From the human T2T-CHM13v2.0 reference genome, Homo sapiens, in NCBI RefSeq assembly GCF_009914755.1, contig NC_060928.1: a stretch of DNA of 64,000 nucleotides. One strand, given 5' to 3'. A model generated the notes under the pieces. It saw nothing but the letters and a program-made list of their open reading frames with translations. It made no database searches and was not told the DNA's origin. Shown one piece after another: positions 13,554 to 27,432 of the stretch. The position numbers were made by a program, and so were the translations under genes. Each line of letters opens with the position of its first letter. The stretch's first letter is position 1.

Positions 13554-15863
13554 TACAGGGTGCATATTTAGTGCTCAGTAGCTGTGCTGCAGGTAGATGG
13601 ATGATATGATGTGCCTGGGACTTGGTGTAGTTCATAGCACAGAAAACTGAAGGAGAAGCCGACTTGGTTTACAATAAACCCTGCAATGTCTACCTTCCTG
13701 AATCTTGGTCTCTAACAGCAAAGGAGCAATCTGATAGTATGGCAGTGTTCCTTCTCACCCCTCATCAGTGTTTAGGTAGTGTTTCGCACAATTTAAGTGT
13801 GCTGAATAAATGAATGAATGAAAAATTAAAAACCCTGATAGCTTACAATGTGTCTGTTTTCATAAATGCCCTAGCAGCAAGTGCTTTGGGTTTTATCAAA
13901 ACCAGTAAGTTTACCAGAAATAGAAGTAAAAATGTATAACATAATCTCCTTTTTGCTGGTCCCAGAACATTAAAAAGCCAACCAAAGAATGATCTTTCTA
14001 GCAGTTTAGAAAAGTTTTAGTATAGACGGAGACCCATGGAGAATTTATTGCAATATTACATTTTAGTGTCACAGTAAATTAAATTTGAGAAAGCAAAGTT
14101 TACCATAATAAAATTTTGTCAAATGAAAATCGGCAATCCTTCTCATCACTTAGAAATGTCTTTATTGAAGAGGTAAATTGTACCACAGCACAATGGCTTT
14201 TTTTGTTAACTTAGAGGATCAGTAAAAATCATTATCTTTATTTGTCATTCATTCCTGGAGATTACAAATCTAAACAGATTCAAACTAAAACCAGTTTACG
14301 TAGAGGAAATCTTTATTGATAGCATGGGGAAAATGTTCTTGTCATACCTATCCACCTAATCTACTGATTCTCCACCTTTTGTTTTCTTCTTTTTAGCTAA
14401 AAAAAAAAAACAAAAAAAAAAACCTAAGCAACTAACTTATTGCCTAGCAACTGATAATCTTTCATATTTCTTTGCTAATTTGGCCAGCATATTTCCATGC
14501 TGCCTTTTGACTAGGTAATCTATATAGTAATAGTAATGTGATAATGAATATCCAAGTTTCAAATTGCAGTATGGTTTTAAAAAATCCTAGATTGCATGTA
14601 TTTGACTGACAAAGAGTGAAAGAGAATGCATGAGAAAGACAGAAAGAAAAAAGTAAGAAAAATAGTTAATGGGCAGTGTAAATGATAAACTGACTTTGTA
14701 TAACAATGGCCACCAGAAAAATATCTCAAAAATATGGAAATTGGCTAGTGCAGCAAACCTGACTATCATTTATCATACAATGAGAAAGCAGAGTAGGAGG
14801 GAATAGCAATTTTCATTCTAATGCTTTTCTAACTCAAAAGCCATTTCCATTAAGAAAAGTTTTTAGTTATTCGTAATATTCATTCTCCCTGAAATTAACA
14901 AACTTTTTAATCCTTAAGCTTTTTAATTTTCTCTGTTCTAGCTGATCACTTTCGTGGTTGTGATCCAGCAAAAGCCTGGAGTAAACGTTTCTTGCAGAGT
15001 ATTTATCTACAGGCATACCACAGTGGGAAACAGAGCAAGCTGGTAGACGAAGCAGAACCATAGGAGCTAAAAGCCTTACTGGTTTTCCAGAGCAATTCAC
15101 ATAATCTTCTCCACTCCTTGAAACAATACTTACCTATAATACTGTACTCAATTAAGCTGAATGGCTATAGTTTAGGATTATTTCTCCTTCATAGACCTAA
15201 CTGAATCTTTTATATTTAAATAATGTGATTAAGTCATACTGTACAGTCCTCATGTTTTCAGCATTGCTGCGGTGCAATATTGCACAGTGATTAATATTCA
15301 TAAAAGTCCCCAGATTTAGGATTAGAAATGGGAAATCAGATCAAGAAACTATAACTTCTCAAGGTGGGTGATAAGGATAAGCAGAATTACAATTTCAGTC
15401 TCCGTGGGTAAGAAGTGGCGATCAGAAGACCAAATCTCCATGAAGTTCAAAGCAGCTGCACAGGAAGCAATCAACAGAAAAATAATTAAGATAGTGGTCT
15501 GAAAAGGATCACATTTTAGAAACACAGATAGGAATTTAAACTGCTAAATCCATGCTGATGGACTTTTATGGACAGGATGAGAATTTAGTGTGAGGTAACA
15601 AATTTTGGCTAAGCATTAAGGTAAATGATCATAAAAGCTAACTTGTATATAACTGAAACATCTAGTAAAAGATCTACAATTTAATTTTTATGTCAACTGA
15701 GATTATTTTCATATAAGGCAGTTGCAGGGTTTTTTAATTTTTATTTTTTGGCTTCTGGCATTTTTTAAGTTCTTTTCTCTGGCTTTGAATAGAAAAGAGA
15801 AAAGACTTGATAAATCTTCAAAGGAAAAACACAGAGCAGGGATGACTTCAGCAAGGAACTTCA

Positions 15864-16420
15864 TTTTTATTTATTTATTTATTTGTATAAATTTAAAGAG
15901 TATGAATGCAGTTTTGTTACATGAATATATTGGGTAGTGGTGAAGTGTAGGCTTTTAGTGTAACCATTGCCTGAATAGTGTACACTGTATCCACTAAGTA
16001 TAATAATTTTTCATCCCTTACCGTCTTCCACACTTCCTAGTCTCCACTGTCTATTATTCCATACTCTGTCTGTGTGTACTTTCTTTAGCTACCACTTATG
16101 AGAACATGCGATATTTGACTTTCTATTTCCCAATTGTTTCACTTAAGATAATGGCCTCCAGTTCCAGCCACATTACTGCAAAACACAGGATTTCATTCTT
16201 TTTTATGGCTGAAGAATATTCTATCATATATACGCCATGTTCTCTTTATCCAATCAACCATTGATGGACTGTCTGGTTGATTCCATATCTTTACTAGTGT
16301 GAATAGTGCTGCAGTAAACATACGAATGCAGGTATCTTTCTGATGTAATCATTTCTTTTCCTTTTGGTAGATACCTAGTAGTGGTACTGCTGAGTCGAAT
16401 GGTAGTAGTTCTGTTGAGAA
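15864..16420 (-). mobile_element. L1PB 3' end, 5'-truncated
   Basis: (TTTA)n tail then gcagttttgttacatgaatatattgggtagtggtgaagt...ttttagtgtaaccat; ggtagatacctagtagtgg. Confidence 0.85.
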
Positions 16421-16789
16421 CTTTAATCTCCAACCTCAGGAAGCCTGATTTGCCCACTTTGAAGAATATAACAGATTCAAAGATAAGTCTCTAAAGAGGA
16501 AGGCAATCTTTGCATCAGTTGTTTTCTCTTAATCAGACTCAGTGGAATTAAGGAAGGTATCAGGAGATAAGAAATCCACATGATTGTCCAATATCAGTGT
16601 GCTAAGATCAGTAACATGGGAGACAAAGGAGGCATAATCTGCCATGTAATCCTGGAGAGAGGAAGAGAGAGCTTGGCCAGAGTTAGAAATACATTCTGGA
16701 GGTCATTTACCTGGACTGAAATAAATTTGTCAGACATTATGGCCTTATCTATATCTATTAATAATAGGCAATACTGCTACATAAAATAG

Positions 16790-17010
16790 CAACCTCCTTT
16801 CCCCCTGCCCCAACCTTGTACTCACTATCTCTTCATTCTGTTTTATTATTTCCTTACTTGACTAATCTCTGTTGAGTGCCCTCTACACTTACTTATTTAT
16901 TTGACTGACTTTTTCACACACTAGGATGTAAGTGGAACAAAAGCCAGGGCTTTGTTTTATATGTATCTCCTGCACATGGTAGACAAATATTTGTTGAGTA
17001 AATGAATCAA
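16790..17010 (+). mobile_element. L2 3' end
   Basis: Ends gcacatggtagacaaatatttgttgagtaaatgaat. Confidence 0.7.
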
Positions 17011-18339
17011 TTATGTTTGGCTTATTGAGAATGTTTAGAATGTGGCTCAAATGTATATTTTGGATAATCAGTGTATTTTCTTAATAGTTATTCTGCACAA
17101 GCTGCTATCAGAATCATAGCTGGAGTTTAAGTGATGCCTGAAGATAATATTCAAGTATGAAAATCTGAGTTTATTTTGGTAGGGAATGTCCAAATGAAAT
17201 TACAAAAAGTCAGGAGCATGGGATGTTACACAGCTTTAAACAATTATAGGCACAGAAAATAACAAATGCTATTTCTAAACAAATAGCTCCAATTATAAAT
17301 TATATTGTGTGGTGTTTTACTTTTGGGTAGAGCCCATGGATTATGGAGACTAAAGACATACACCTGAGAAATGAAGTTAATTTATCTGCTCTGACCCTAT
17401 TTCTAGCAAAAGGAATCACAGTGATGGTTTGGTTACTTCATTCAAGTTGTTTTGGTATGTGAAATGAGTGCTTAAGAAGTCTATTATAAAAGAAAGAAGT
17501 ACAGCCATTTTTAGTTCTCTTTATCATAATAAATCAGGGCTAAGGTTATAATAAGAATGTAAGATGAAACACAAATAGCAATTTCTTTTTTAACAGAAGT
17601 TATTCTCTAGGAAGTTAATTGTAAGTGAGTTCTGTCAAATTTAATAAAATCAGTTCTTCTTGATCAAACCATTCTGAGGTATAATTCAGAAGACGATTAC
17701 AGTATATAATTAAACTTGCCAATTAAAATGTGTGATCACTGTAAAGTAATATAGTTTTTCCATGGGATGAAAAAGTAGAATATATAGCAATGTCTCTGGA
17801 AATTATCTGAGTAACAAATTGTAGATAGGTAGGAGGCAAGCTATAGCCCCAGGTCAGATCATTTATTCTATTTTATAGACAGGTGAGTGAATCACTGAAG
17901 TATTAAACTGCAAATCGTTACTGAAGTCATAAATAAAACTCAACTGCTTTGATTTTCCAAGAAATGTCATAAATATTTCAAAACATTAGTTTAATCTCTT
18001 TACTCCATCTGACCCTCACTCTAGCCATATGGGGGTTGTTGGGATGGGTTAGTTACTAAGAGACACAGAAGCAGAAGGGAACCAGAAAGGGAATAAAACG
18101 TTTCTGAGGAGAAGATTCCTAGGCTATGTTAGACAAACTGTATCGGCGGATAGGAGGAGAAAATGTAGAGATAAAAGTGAGAGGCAAAGCAAGAGGTCAG
18201 GTATTGGAAAATTTGTTAATTAGGGAGGAAGTGGTGCAAAGGAGGAGGGAAGTGATTGAGTCCAGGAGGTTATTTATAAATGGGGCAGGAACTCTTACAG
18301 CTTACTTGTAGCAGGTGCTGATTTTATGGTGCATGAGTG

Positions 18340-18945
18340 GGTGATAAATTAAATGTGGCTACAAATTCTAGATATTGGAATCTGAGCCAGATGCTCTGAA
18401 TGAATGACACTTATTGGGGGCTTGAGAGGAGGTGAGCACATTTTGCACGTGCAAGGACTATACAAGAGGGTGGCTAGGGGGTAGACTGTGAAACGAATTC
18501 TTTGCAGTCCCTTCATTCCACAGGTGGAGTACATTTCTCCAAACCCTGAATCTGGACTGGCCTTGTGTCTTTCCTTGACTAACATATGCCGTAGAAGTAA
18601 TGCTGTGTGAATGTTGAAGTCTGGAAATAAGAGGACATGCACCTTCTACCTTCACACCCTTTGAATGCTGCCCTGCATTTGCCATGTAAGGAAGCCTGTC
18701 TAACTCACTAGAAAATGAGAGCACAAGTGAAGGAGAACCAAGGCATTCCAGCTCACAGCCAGTACCAACCATCAGACATCCAAGTGAGGCCTCACTTTCA
18801 TCCCAGTTGATCCTGCAGCTAAATGCAGCTGAATGGATAATCCCAGGCAAATCCAGCAGCAAATCTGCCCAGCCAGCCCACAGAATCCCAAGAAATAAAA
18901 AAAGCATTGCTATTTTAAACCATAGAGCAATAGTTAACTGAAACA
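18340..18945 (+). mobile_element. Old MLT1 LTR (MLT1H-K group)
   Basis: ggtggagtacatttctccaaaccctgaatctggactggccttgtg, cccagccagcccacagaatc, tgctattttaaaccat, atagttaactgaaaca. Confidence 0.8.
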
Positions 18946-20274
18946 AACGAGTCATATTGAATTTGTTAATTCTTTTATTATTTGCCCATCCATCCACCCC
19001 ACATTTCTTGAACGTCTTCAATATGCGAGATGCTGATGGCACGAAGAGGATCCAGATAGACATATTACCTCTTTTCATTTCTGCTTTTGTTGCACTTTTG
19101 AAGGTAGTTAGAGCTCTGCAGATAGTAAGTGAGAAAGAATGCATCTGAAAATTTCTGTAAAGAGCTGAGACTAGGACTTGATGGTCAGAAGACGGAAAAA
19201 TTGCTGTTTCCAAGTTGCTGTTTTCTATATTCCCTAGGGACTTAAGTTTCTCTTTGGAGAAGGCTGGTTATTTGTTCAGAAGATAAAACTAAAAGAAAAA
19301 AATCACACATACATAAGCCAAAACCACGATAATAGCTCATTTAGTTCTAGGAAGTAAATAATCTGTCAATCATTTTGGAAAAATACTATGAAATAACTTG
19401 AATGTAGATATTCTAAATTAAAAAGATAAGTATTCTATTTAAGTCTATATAGACTTAAATATAGAGTTATATACATTGGGTTTATATTTGATGTGTTAAG
19501 TTTCTGAAGATCCTTTTGGTTTTGGTGGAAGCAGAATGAGGATAGAGAGAATTGTTTCTTTATATATAGATTCAAAGCACTCCACAAACAGCTATCGTTG
19601 TTTGGTCCTGGTACGACATGTACATGCTCTTCTTCAAGCAACTGCTTGTAGGAGATTAAGCAGAAAGTCTGAAAACTGCAGGAAGATCACACAGACGTTG
19701 TCTCCCCTGGGCCTGGAGAGATCCCTTTTAAAAGGGAATGGATTGGGCTGGCTCCACGTGACCAAGTGGGAATAGATCACTAGGGTTTTATTAAAGATAT
19801 TGGACATAGCACCAAACATCTAGAGTTGGAGGAAGCAACTGTACCTTTAAAGAATTTCCCAGTTGATAACGATGGACCAAGTCCTCCTGGATAGAGTTAC
19901 TGGTATATCACGGTAGAGAAAGTAGACATTTACACTCCAAAAAAGGACTTGCTCTAAGCAAGAAAATGGGAATTTACAAAGTGAGCATGAGGCTGGAATA
20001 AAGAGGGATTCCCTTCCTCTTGATTAGACTTAAACTCTGGGTAGACAGACACACTTCCAGACACTCTGGTTGTGGGACTGGGCTGGTGCCTGCCATAGAA
20101 GGAGGTGGTCAGCATAGAGGTACTCTATACCTCCATGGTACCAGGTATAGAGGTACACAGGAGGAGGAGTCATATTTACCTTTCTGCTGTCCCCTAGCTT
20201 TTAGACAATCTTTTAAAAGGCAGTGACCTTGTTTTAGTTGAACCATGGAGAATGAAGAGAGAGGTCTATGCTCA

Positions 20275-20465
20275 TGATCTTTGTCATTCCCTACCTTGAA
20301 AAACCTGGGTTAGTCATTTATCTTCCATAAAATCCAGTTTTTTCATTTTTCAAAACGGGAATAATACATGACCCAGGATTATTATATGGACCGAATGGAA
20401 TAATTTATTCCAATGATCCTCTGAAACTCCAAAGAACCATGAAAATACAAAGAATTATAATAATC
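20275..20465 (+). mobile_element. MIR
   Basis: Core-like ctgggttagtcattttatc...cagttttttcatttttcaaaacgggaataata. Confidence 0.6.
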
Positions 20466-22129
20466 CTCATATTAGGTTTTAATCGTTGTAAATCTTTCTG
20501 ATTCTGACCCAGCCTCTTTGAAATCTTCATCAGTTGAATTTTACACTTATGCTGAACATAAGCCCCATGAGCCAATACTCAGAATCCAGTGTTCTATAAC
20601 AAAACTAGTCTTAATACAATATAGATTTTAAATAGCTCATAAAAATGAGGGTGAGAAAAGTAAAATTGTGGCAGAATTCTGTGCTTCTCTACAATTAAAG
20701 TTTTTTTTGTGGGGGGGATAATGAGATTTCTTAAATAAAGTAATGGAGCCAGTGCAGTCAAAGAAATACTTCTTGACTCTGGCTTTGTCATTAACAGCAG
20801 AGAAATCCAAAGAGATCCCTTTTCCTTACTGAAAGAATGGCCAAAACTTCAGATTAATTGAGTGGAGAGATGAATTAATTGTTTTCAGTATACATATGCT
20901 GGCACTCTTAGAAGGCCATAAAAGTCTGAATTCTGTCATATTTTGAACAGTAAGTAATGATTTATGATAAGTCATTTGAGAACATAATTTATTGGGGAAT
21001 CACTCAAATAAAAATGTCTTTCTCTCCATTGTGGAACCATCTTCAAAAATATTTGTGTTTGCATAGTTGGAGGAAAATTAAAAATACTCTTCAGAAAATA
21101 ACATAAACGCACCTTTATGCATAATTAAAGTTGGTATAGTATATTCAATATTTGCGTCCCTGTGTCCGAGAACTATATTAATTGGATTTTTTAATATTTA
21201 TGGAAAATAGTAAATATATTTTAACAGTTATTATTTTAAAAATAATAATATACCGTAACACTTAAATAAGAGTTTAAAGAAAAAACTTCAAGAATACAAA
21301 GGTAGATAAACTATCACGTAAAGTAGAATCAAGAAATGCTCTCGGGAACCTAGGATAAGTTGGTTACTACAATTGGGTATTACATTTGGCTCTGAGGTCC
21401 CCCAGGACCAAAAAAAGAAAAAAAATAATTAAAAAGCAAAAACAAAAAACAGGATAAAAGAATGCAGGAGTTAATATAAACAGAGAGTAAAGAGCCCAGA
21501 AAATCTAGAGGAATGGCTAGAAAATGCTTTTCTCAGAAAGCCTCTCAAGTCAACTTTTGGCAATGATTGTCTTAAATTTATTTGTGACTTCTCTGAGGAG
21601 AGCATGAAGAGTCGAACTTCTGGGTTTCTGACTAATGCAACACCTACCCAAAATATAGAAAGCAAATTTACAATCAGGTGTGAGAATTTAGATTTACATT
21701 CTTCTCTCGAGGTAGGTCTTCTCATTTTCTCATAGAATGGGGTTCATAGAGTAACTGAGGTTGGCCATGTATTAAGAGAAAAAGTTCTGAATCTCATCAA
21801 ACACCTATAATATATTTGGTTTTATGTCGTGAAGCATAGAATAAATAATAAGAATATTTTTTATTACTGGACTCATGTTACCCACTGGTTTCCTAACTAT
21901 AAAACTACTTCAATAAAATTTTTAAGTAGCTGCAGCTGAACGATTTCATTGACGTAGAATATATCCAAAATAGCGAAATGATTTTACCTGTTGGTTGGGA
22001 TTATTTTGAATTTCCCTTTTAAGTGATTACACAATTTTAGTTTTAAGTTTAAGCTCCAGTAAATATTTGTTGAATAAAGAAATACATTAATGTAGGAGTA
22101 AAGTGGCAGGATTAGCTGCTTCTTTTATA

Positions 22130-23170
22130 ATATGCTTTATACTACAGAGGTATATAAAGGAAAAATTATTAGTTTCCTATTCTATCTCTAATCATATCTC
22201 CCTGAAATAACCAATATTAATATTTGGTAGGTATTTTTTCACATTTTTCTAATATATGTATTTACATGAATGATACATGAATTATATGTGCATACATATA
22301 TGAATCTATACATATTTATAGAGATTTTTTCTTTATATCATATCATATTATACATATTTCCCTACAACATGTACCTTTTTTACTTGAACTATATTATCTT
22401 AGATTTTCAGGTCAGTACAAAGCTCCAACTCCTCAGTGATAACTGCAGAATTGTCCGTCCTGTGGATGTACCTTAATATATTTAACCATTACTTTATTGG
22501 TGGCCACTCGGACTATCTCCAGTTCCTTTGGTATTACAAACAACGCTGCAGTGAACACTCTTCTACATATATCATTTTAGGCTTGTGATTTTGTTTTCAT
22601 AGGTTAAATTTCTAGAGGTAGAGTTGCTGAGTCTAAGGTTATGTCCTTTTAACATTTTTACAGAAACTACCAGATACTTTCCAAAATAAAGGAATTCAAG
22701 CTCCCATCATGATTGCATGAGGCTGCCTGGGTGCCATATCCTTATGAGCACTGATGCAACCTGTCTTACACGTTTGTAACAATAATGAGTTAAAAATGTT
22801 ATCTTGTTGCTGCGCTTTGCATTTTTCTTACTATTGTGAGGTTGAGCATTTGTGTCTTAGTGAATTCCATTTCTTTTCTAAATTGCCTTTATATTTTCTT
22901 TGATCACTTTTCTATGACAGAATTTGTCATTTTGCTGATTAATCAGTAGAAGCACTTTGTGTATTAAGAATATAACCATTTGTCAGTCATGAGTTTTGTA
23001 CATACTTTCTTCCATAATATAGTTTGTTTCTTGACTTTTTTTTGTGTTTTGTGCCAAAGAGAATTCTTTTTATTATTAGAAAAACAATTATAGTTATATT
23101 TTTAATGGTTTCTTTGTTTCCTTCATTGCTTAAATTGTGCCCCACCTTGAGGTTTTATAGATAATCAATC
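22130..23170 (-). mobile_element. Ancient L1ME fragment
   Basis: gatgtaccttaatatatttaaccatt, tattacaaacaacgctgcagtgaaca, gtgaggttgagcattt. Confidence 0.75.
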
Positions 23171-23184
23171 TCCTATTTAAAACA

Positions 23185-23245
23185 ATATATATATACACAC
23201 ACACACACACACATATATATAGATAGATAGATAGATAGATAGATA
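23185..23245. repeat. Compound microsatellite (TA)n(CA)n(TA)n(GATA)n
   Basis: Read directly from the sequence. Confidence 0.95.
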
Positions 23246-23286
23246 TGTTTTTGGATTTTTTAGTCTATTTCATTTAGACGTTGGGT

Positions 23287-23621
23287 CAGAGGTCCCCAAC
23301 CCCTGGGTCATGGACTGGTACTGGTCAGTGGCCTGTTAGGAACCAGGCCCCACAGGAGGAGTTGAGCTGCAGGCCAGCTAGCATTACTGCCTGAGCTCTG
23401 CCTCCTGTCAGACCAGTGGTGGCATTATATTCTCATAGGAGTGCAGATCTTATTGTGAACTGCCCATGCAAGGGATCTAGGTTGCACTCCCTATGAGAAT
23501 CTAACTAATGCCTGATGATCTGAGGTGGAACAGCTTCATCCTGAAACCACCCCCATCACCCATGAAAAAAAATGTCTCCCACAAAACCAGTCCCCAGTGC
23601 CAAAAAGACTGGGGACTGCTG
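23287..23621. mobile_element. MER1B hAT-Charlie DNA element
   Basis: Terminal inverted repeats cagaggtcccca/tggggactgctg; internal gggatctaggttgcactccctatgagaatctaa; 8-bp TSD cgttgggt/catcgggt. Confidence 0.92.
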
Positions 23622-25039
23622 CATCGGGTATTCCTATGCCAAAATTATATTGAAACTCATTGGTAATTACATTAAGTTTTTGAGCTTATCAGGGATAATG
23701 GCCATTTTTATAGTATAGTTTTGCCCCTCCGTTCCTTTCCTCAGTCTTAGGAGTATAACTTGTTCCTAAAAAGTCCCTCGGGGATGAGTTTTTCTAAACC
23801 TAAAATGCAATTTCCACAGAAATTTTTGGTGCTACAACATTTAACAAACAGAGCATTCTCAATTTTATGTAATAGAATTGCTAAGGCAAAATAGCAACAA
23901 CAAAGACAAAGAAATAAAACAATGCAAAAGATGTACAAGATTACTACTGTCAAACTAGCAAACCCTGAGCACTTGGAGAGAAGAATGGAAGGATCACAGG
24001 CCAATCATATCACTGTGAAATTGGCAGCATGATGGTGCTTATCTCCAGGCACTTGGCTGCTACTGAGGACAGAGTCCAAGTGAGTCTGGATAGTTTTGTA
24101 GCGATACCTCATCAGCTTAAACAGGTTGTTAGCCTATTCTTGCAGCATAAAGACCTCTATAAACCTTTTCAGCTTTTGTTGTGTATCCCCATCCAGCACC
24201 CAGTATAATGCTTCTACACTGTAGGTAAAAACAAGTTTAAGAACGTTGTAAATTGAGTCATCAGGAGAGCAAGTGAAAAGAATTAACTTCTGTGAAATTG
24301 GCGGAAGTGTTTTGCTTTCACAGTTTCCCTTGCACCAGCTATCCTGTAGAAGCCATATTGTAGGAGACAACGTTGCAGCACGCACACTGACCTTTGTCAC
24401 TGCCAGCTCTCCTCCAAACTTCACATTGAGATCTGTTGTAATCCATATTGTGAAAGGATGCTGTACTTTATATAACAGGTTTAATTTAGTATATATTCAT
24501 GATGGCATCTGAGTTCCATTTGGTATATTATCTTCACCAGGATTTTCTGGTTTCTAAGGAGACTTTTTGCATAGAAACAACTCCAGGACTTGGGTAATCC
24601 AGTATGAAGTGCCCACCTAAGGTATGAGCACATTTGGGAAGTTATAGGTTTCAGAGTAGGTGTTGATTATAATTTTAATTGCCTTTAGATATAACATCCA
24701 AGTAGGCAGGGTTCTGATTGGAGGTCAGAATGAAATATATAGAGAAAGATCCTCTTGATGGAAAACTAAGAGTGGGAAAAGATACAAATAGAAAGACTAT
24801 TTTAATTCAATGTGATAAGTCATTGAAAAGTAGGCACATAAAAAGGTTATCCAACTAATTATTTTGTGAATCAAGACAGGATCAGGAGAATCAGCTATAG
24901 GTTGTGATCAGAGATGAGTGAGGTTCACATATGCCAAAAGGAACAGTTGGGAAATACGTTTCTAGACAGTTTAAAGAGAAAACATTTTCTAAAAGACTGT
25001 GGCTACTTAGACTGCAAAGCTTACTTTCTGTTTATGGAG

Positions 25040-25265
25040 GCATTGTTATCATAGGAGATGACAAGTTCATGCATGTTATTGCCCCTGAAAACCTCCCAAT
25101 GGGACAAGATGCGGAGGCTCAAGACAGTGATAGTGATGATCCTGTCCCTGCGCAGGCCTGGGTTCATGTGTGTGCTTGTGTACTAGTTTTTAACAAAAAT
25201 TTAAAAAGTAAAAAAATAAAAAGAAAAAACTTTAGAATAAATATATAAACAAAATATTTTATAGC
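25040..25265. mobile_element. Tigger3 (MER7/Golem) internal fragment
   Basis: cattgttatcataggagatgac...catgcatgttattgcccctgaa...gggacaagatg...gacagtgata.tgatgatcctg. Confidence 0.85.
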
Positions 25266-25280
25266 ACAAAAAAAAGATTA

Positions 25281-25663
25281 TGTAGACTGCTTGCTCCTGC
25301 CTCTTTTTCTGCTTTGTCTGTGCAAACTTCCCTTATTAGACCCCAGCTGACCCCTCCTACCTGCTTAGCAGAAAAGATGCACCTGCTCCAGTGGCTGTGG
25401 GAAAGGAGGGTGGTGAGGAGAGTAGGTCTAGTAGAAATTGGTTGCAATCTGTCAGCCTCACTGTTGATCTGGCTAGTGATGCTATCCATGGGGCCACCTG
25501 CTAGAGTCCCATTGTTGCCTGAATCACAGGTAACCCCATGAACACATGGTGTCCCATTCTAATAAAGCACTTTGCTTTCCCAACTAGCCTGAGCTTCCTC
25601 ACACTTGGGCTGGTTCCCTTAGGTCTGTTCTGTGGAGGAGCAGATTGATGTCGGGTTCCTACA
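25281..25663 (+). mobile_element. Probable ancient solo LTR, family not identified
   Basis: tgtag...ctaca termini, GC higher than flanks, AATAAA at 25561 about 100 bp before the 3' end. Confidence 0.45.
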
Positions 25664-25839
25664 GCTTCAACCAGCCCATCTTGAGAAATAATATTTTTAC
25701 TCCGTCTTGAAGTTTGCAATCCCTACAGTTTAAATGTATAGTAGTTTACTTCAGTATATGATTATATTTGAAGCAACATTTGCACTTGAGAGCCTAAAAA
25801 GTCTAGAGAGAAGTCACATCCAACCCAGTAAAAATAAAA

Positions 25840-25920
25840 ATTAACATTTGTGTAGAACTTTTACATTTATAAGCATTTTCTACTTAGATTATCTTATTTG
25901 ATACTCCTAACAAGTCATGA
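25840..25920 (-). mobile_element. MIR fragment
   Basis: aacatttgtgtagaacttttaca...attatcttatttgatactcctaacaa. Confidence 0.6.
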
Positions 25921-27274
25921 AATTTTTGATTTTTTAAAAAGTAGACTGATATTACAGCATACAGAAGGAAGAAATAGCCAGAAAGGAGTTTTATTAATGA
26001 AAAATTATTTTCCAGGTTGAATTTCACTTTCATGTTGATTTTTGAGGAGGGTGTAGAGGGGAATTTTGGTATCTTGTGGAATTATTTATGTTGTGAATCT
26101 GTTCATGCTTTCATTGGGCATACAGCTTTGGGGCATGCCAATGTATATTTTATAGAAACAAATTTTACTTTAGTTATGCACATGTGTTAATAAACAGGTT
26201 CTGTTGTGCAACCTATATACTAAAAGGCATACTTTTCTCATGCCTCAGCATTAGGATATCAATTTTCTTTCTGTAATAAATGGAACAGCTGCAATGTTAT
26301 GATTGTGAGGCTCTTCCCTTTCTTGTGCCTTGTACTTAATGGGATGGGGAGGCTAATTATCAGACTGAAAAAGTACTGGTCCCTTCCTTCACTCATTCAA
26401 CATGGTTCCACTTACAGAAGCCAGTGCAGCTGGCAGAGCTGTGGAAGGACCTGGTCCCTGGGCAGATGTCAGCCAAAAGTCTAATTACATGCTAGACTAA
26501 TCTAGAGTAAAGTGAATTGCCTTATCAATACCTTTGGTCTACTCTAACGACAATGCACAGAAAAAGTAGGACCTTAAGAATGGCTCATTTTTTCCACTCT
26601 GGGTGCTGTAGACCCCTTACTTCATAAAGTTAATTTGACTTCAGTGTTTAGGGCAAACCATGTTTGTATGTTTTTCAAATTTATAAACCACTAACAATTA
26701 TTGTTTGAAAAAGTTCTGAAGTCTTCTGGAAGAGTCCATCTTGTCTCTTTTTCAGGTCTTCTCTAAATTGATATATTATGATTATATACCGTATGTGATG
26801 TAATGATGTCCTACCTACTTCTATCTGGTTTGTCTTCTGAGTCAAGGCCTCTATTCTACAAAGGGATCTTTAATTGACTGGCTCATTTTCTCTGTTGATT
26901 TTGTTTGTTTGGTGTGTGTACTGTTTCTTTTTTCGATCCCTTACTATTTTCACTTAAATTGTGCCAATTATTAGATGTTTTACAGTATTTTTTAAAAGGC
27001 AGAATTAGGAAAATTACTGGCATTAATTCGTACCACTCTCATTTGAAGGCTTGACGACTAAAGAATATTTATTTTCATCTCGACAGTGGCTTAATTTCCA
27101 TAGTGAAACCTACTTGTAAACGATCTTTTTTCTCCCACTAAGGTGTAGCACTGAGCTTTAATTTGATGGCAAGTGTCCTAAGGATTAGAAAGTATTACTT
27201 TAGAAGATATTCCATCCTGAATATATAACCTTTTGTGATATTTACTGTATTTGCTGAATATGTTTGCTATATGC

Positions 27275-27400
27275 AGTTCAGTTCAATAAACATTTAATGT
27301 TTGTCTATTGTGCTGTGCATTTTGCTAGGAGCTAGGGTTATAAATAAGTAAGATACTATTTCCCTGGTGTAAAGTCATTGCAGTCCAATAGGGGGAAAAG
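27275..27400 (-). mobile_element. L2 3' end
   Basis: ttcaataaacatttaatg...ctattgtgctgtgcattttgctaggagctaggg. Confidence 0.7.
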
Positions 27401-27432
27401 ATGATATAAATTCTGATTTTGAGTGTGGACTA

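Noticed and set aside
24000-24520. Exon-like unique segment with donor CAA|GTGAGT near 24080 and overlapping ORFs
   Set aside because: No good acceptor and no recognisable protein; cannot be supported from sequence alone
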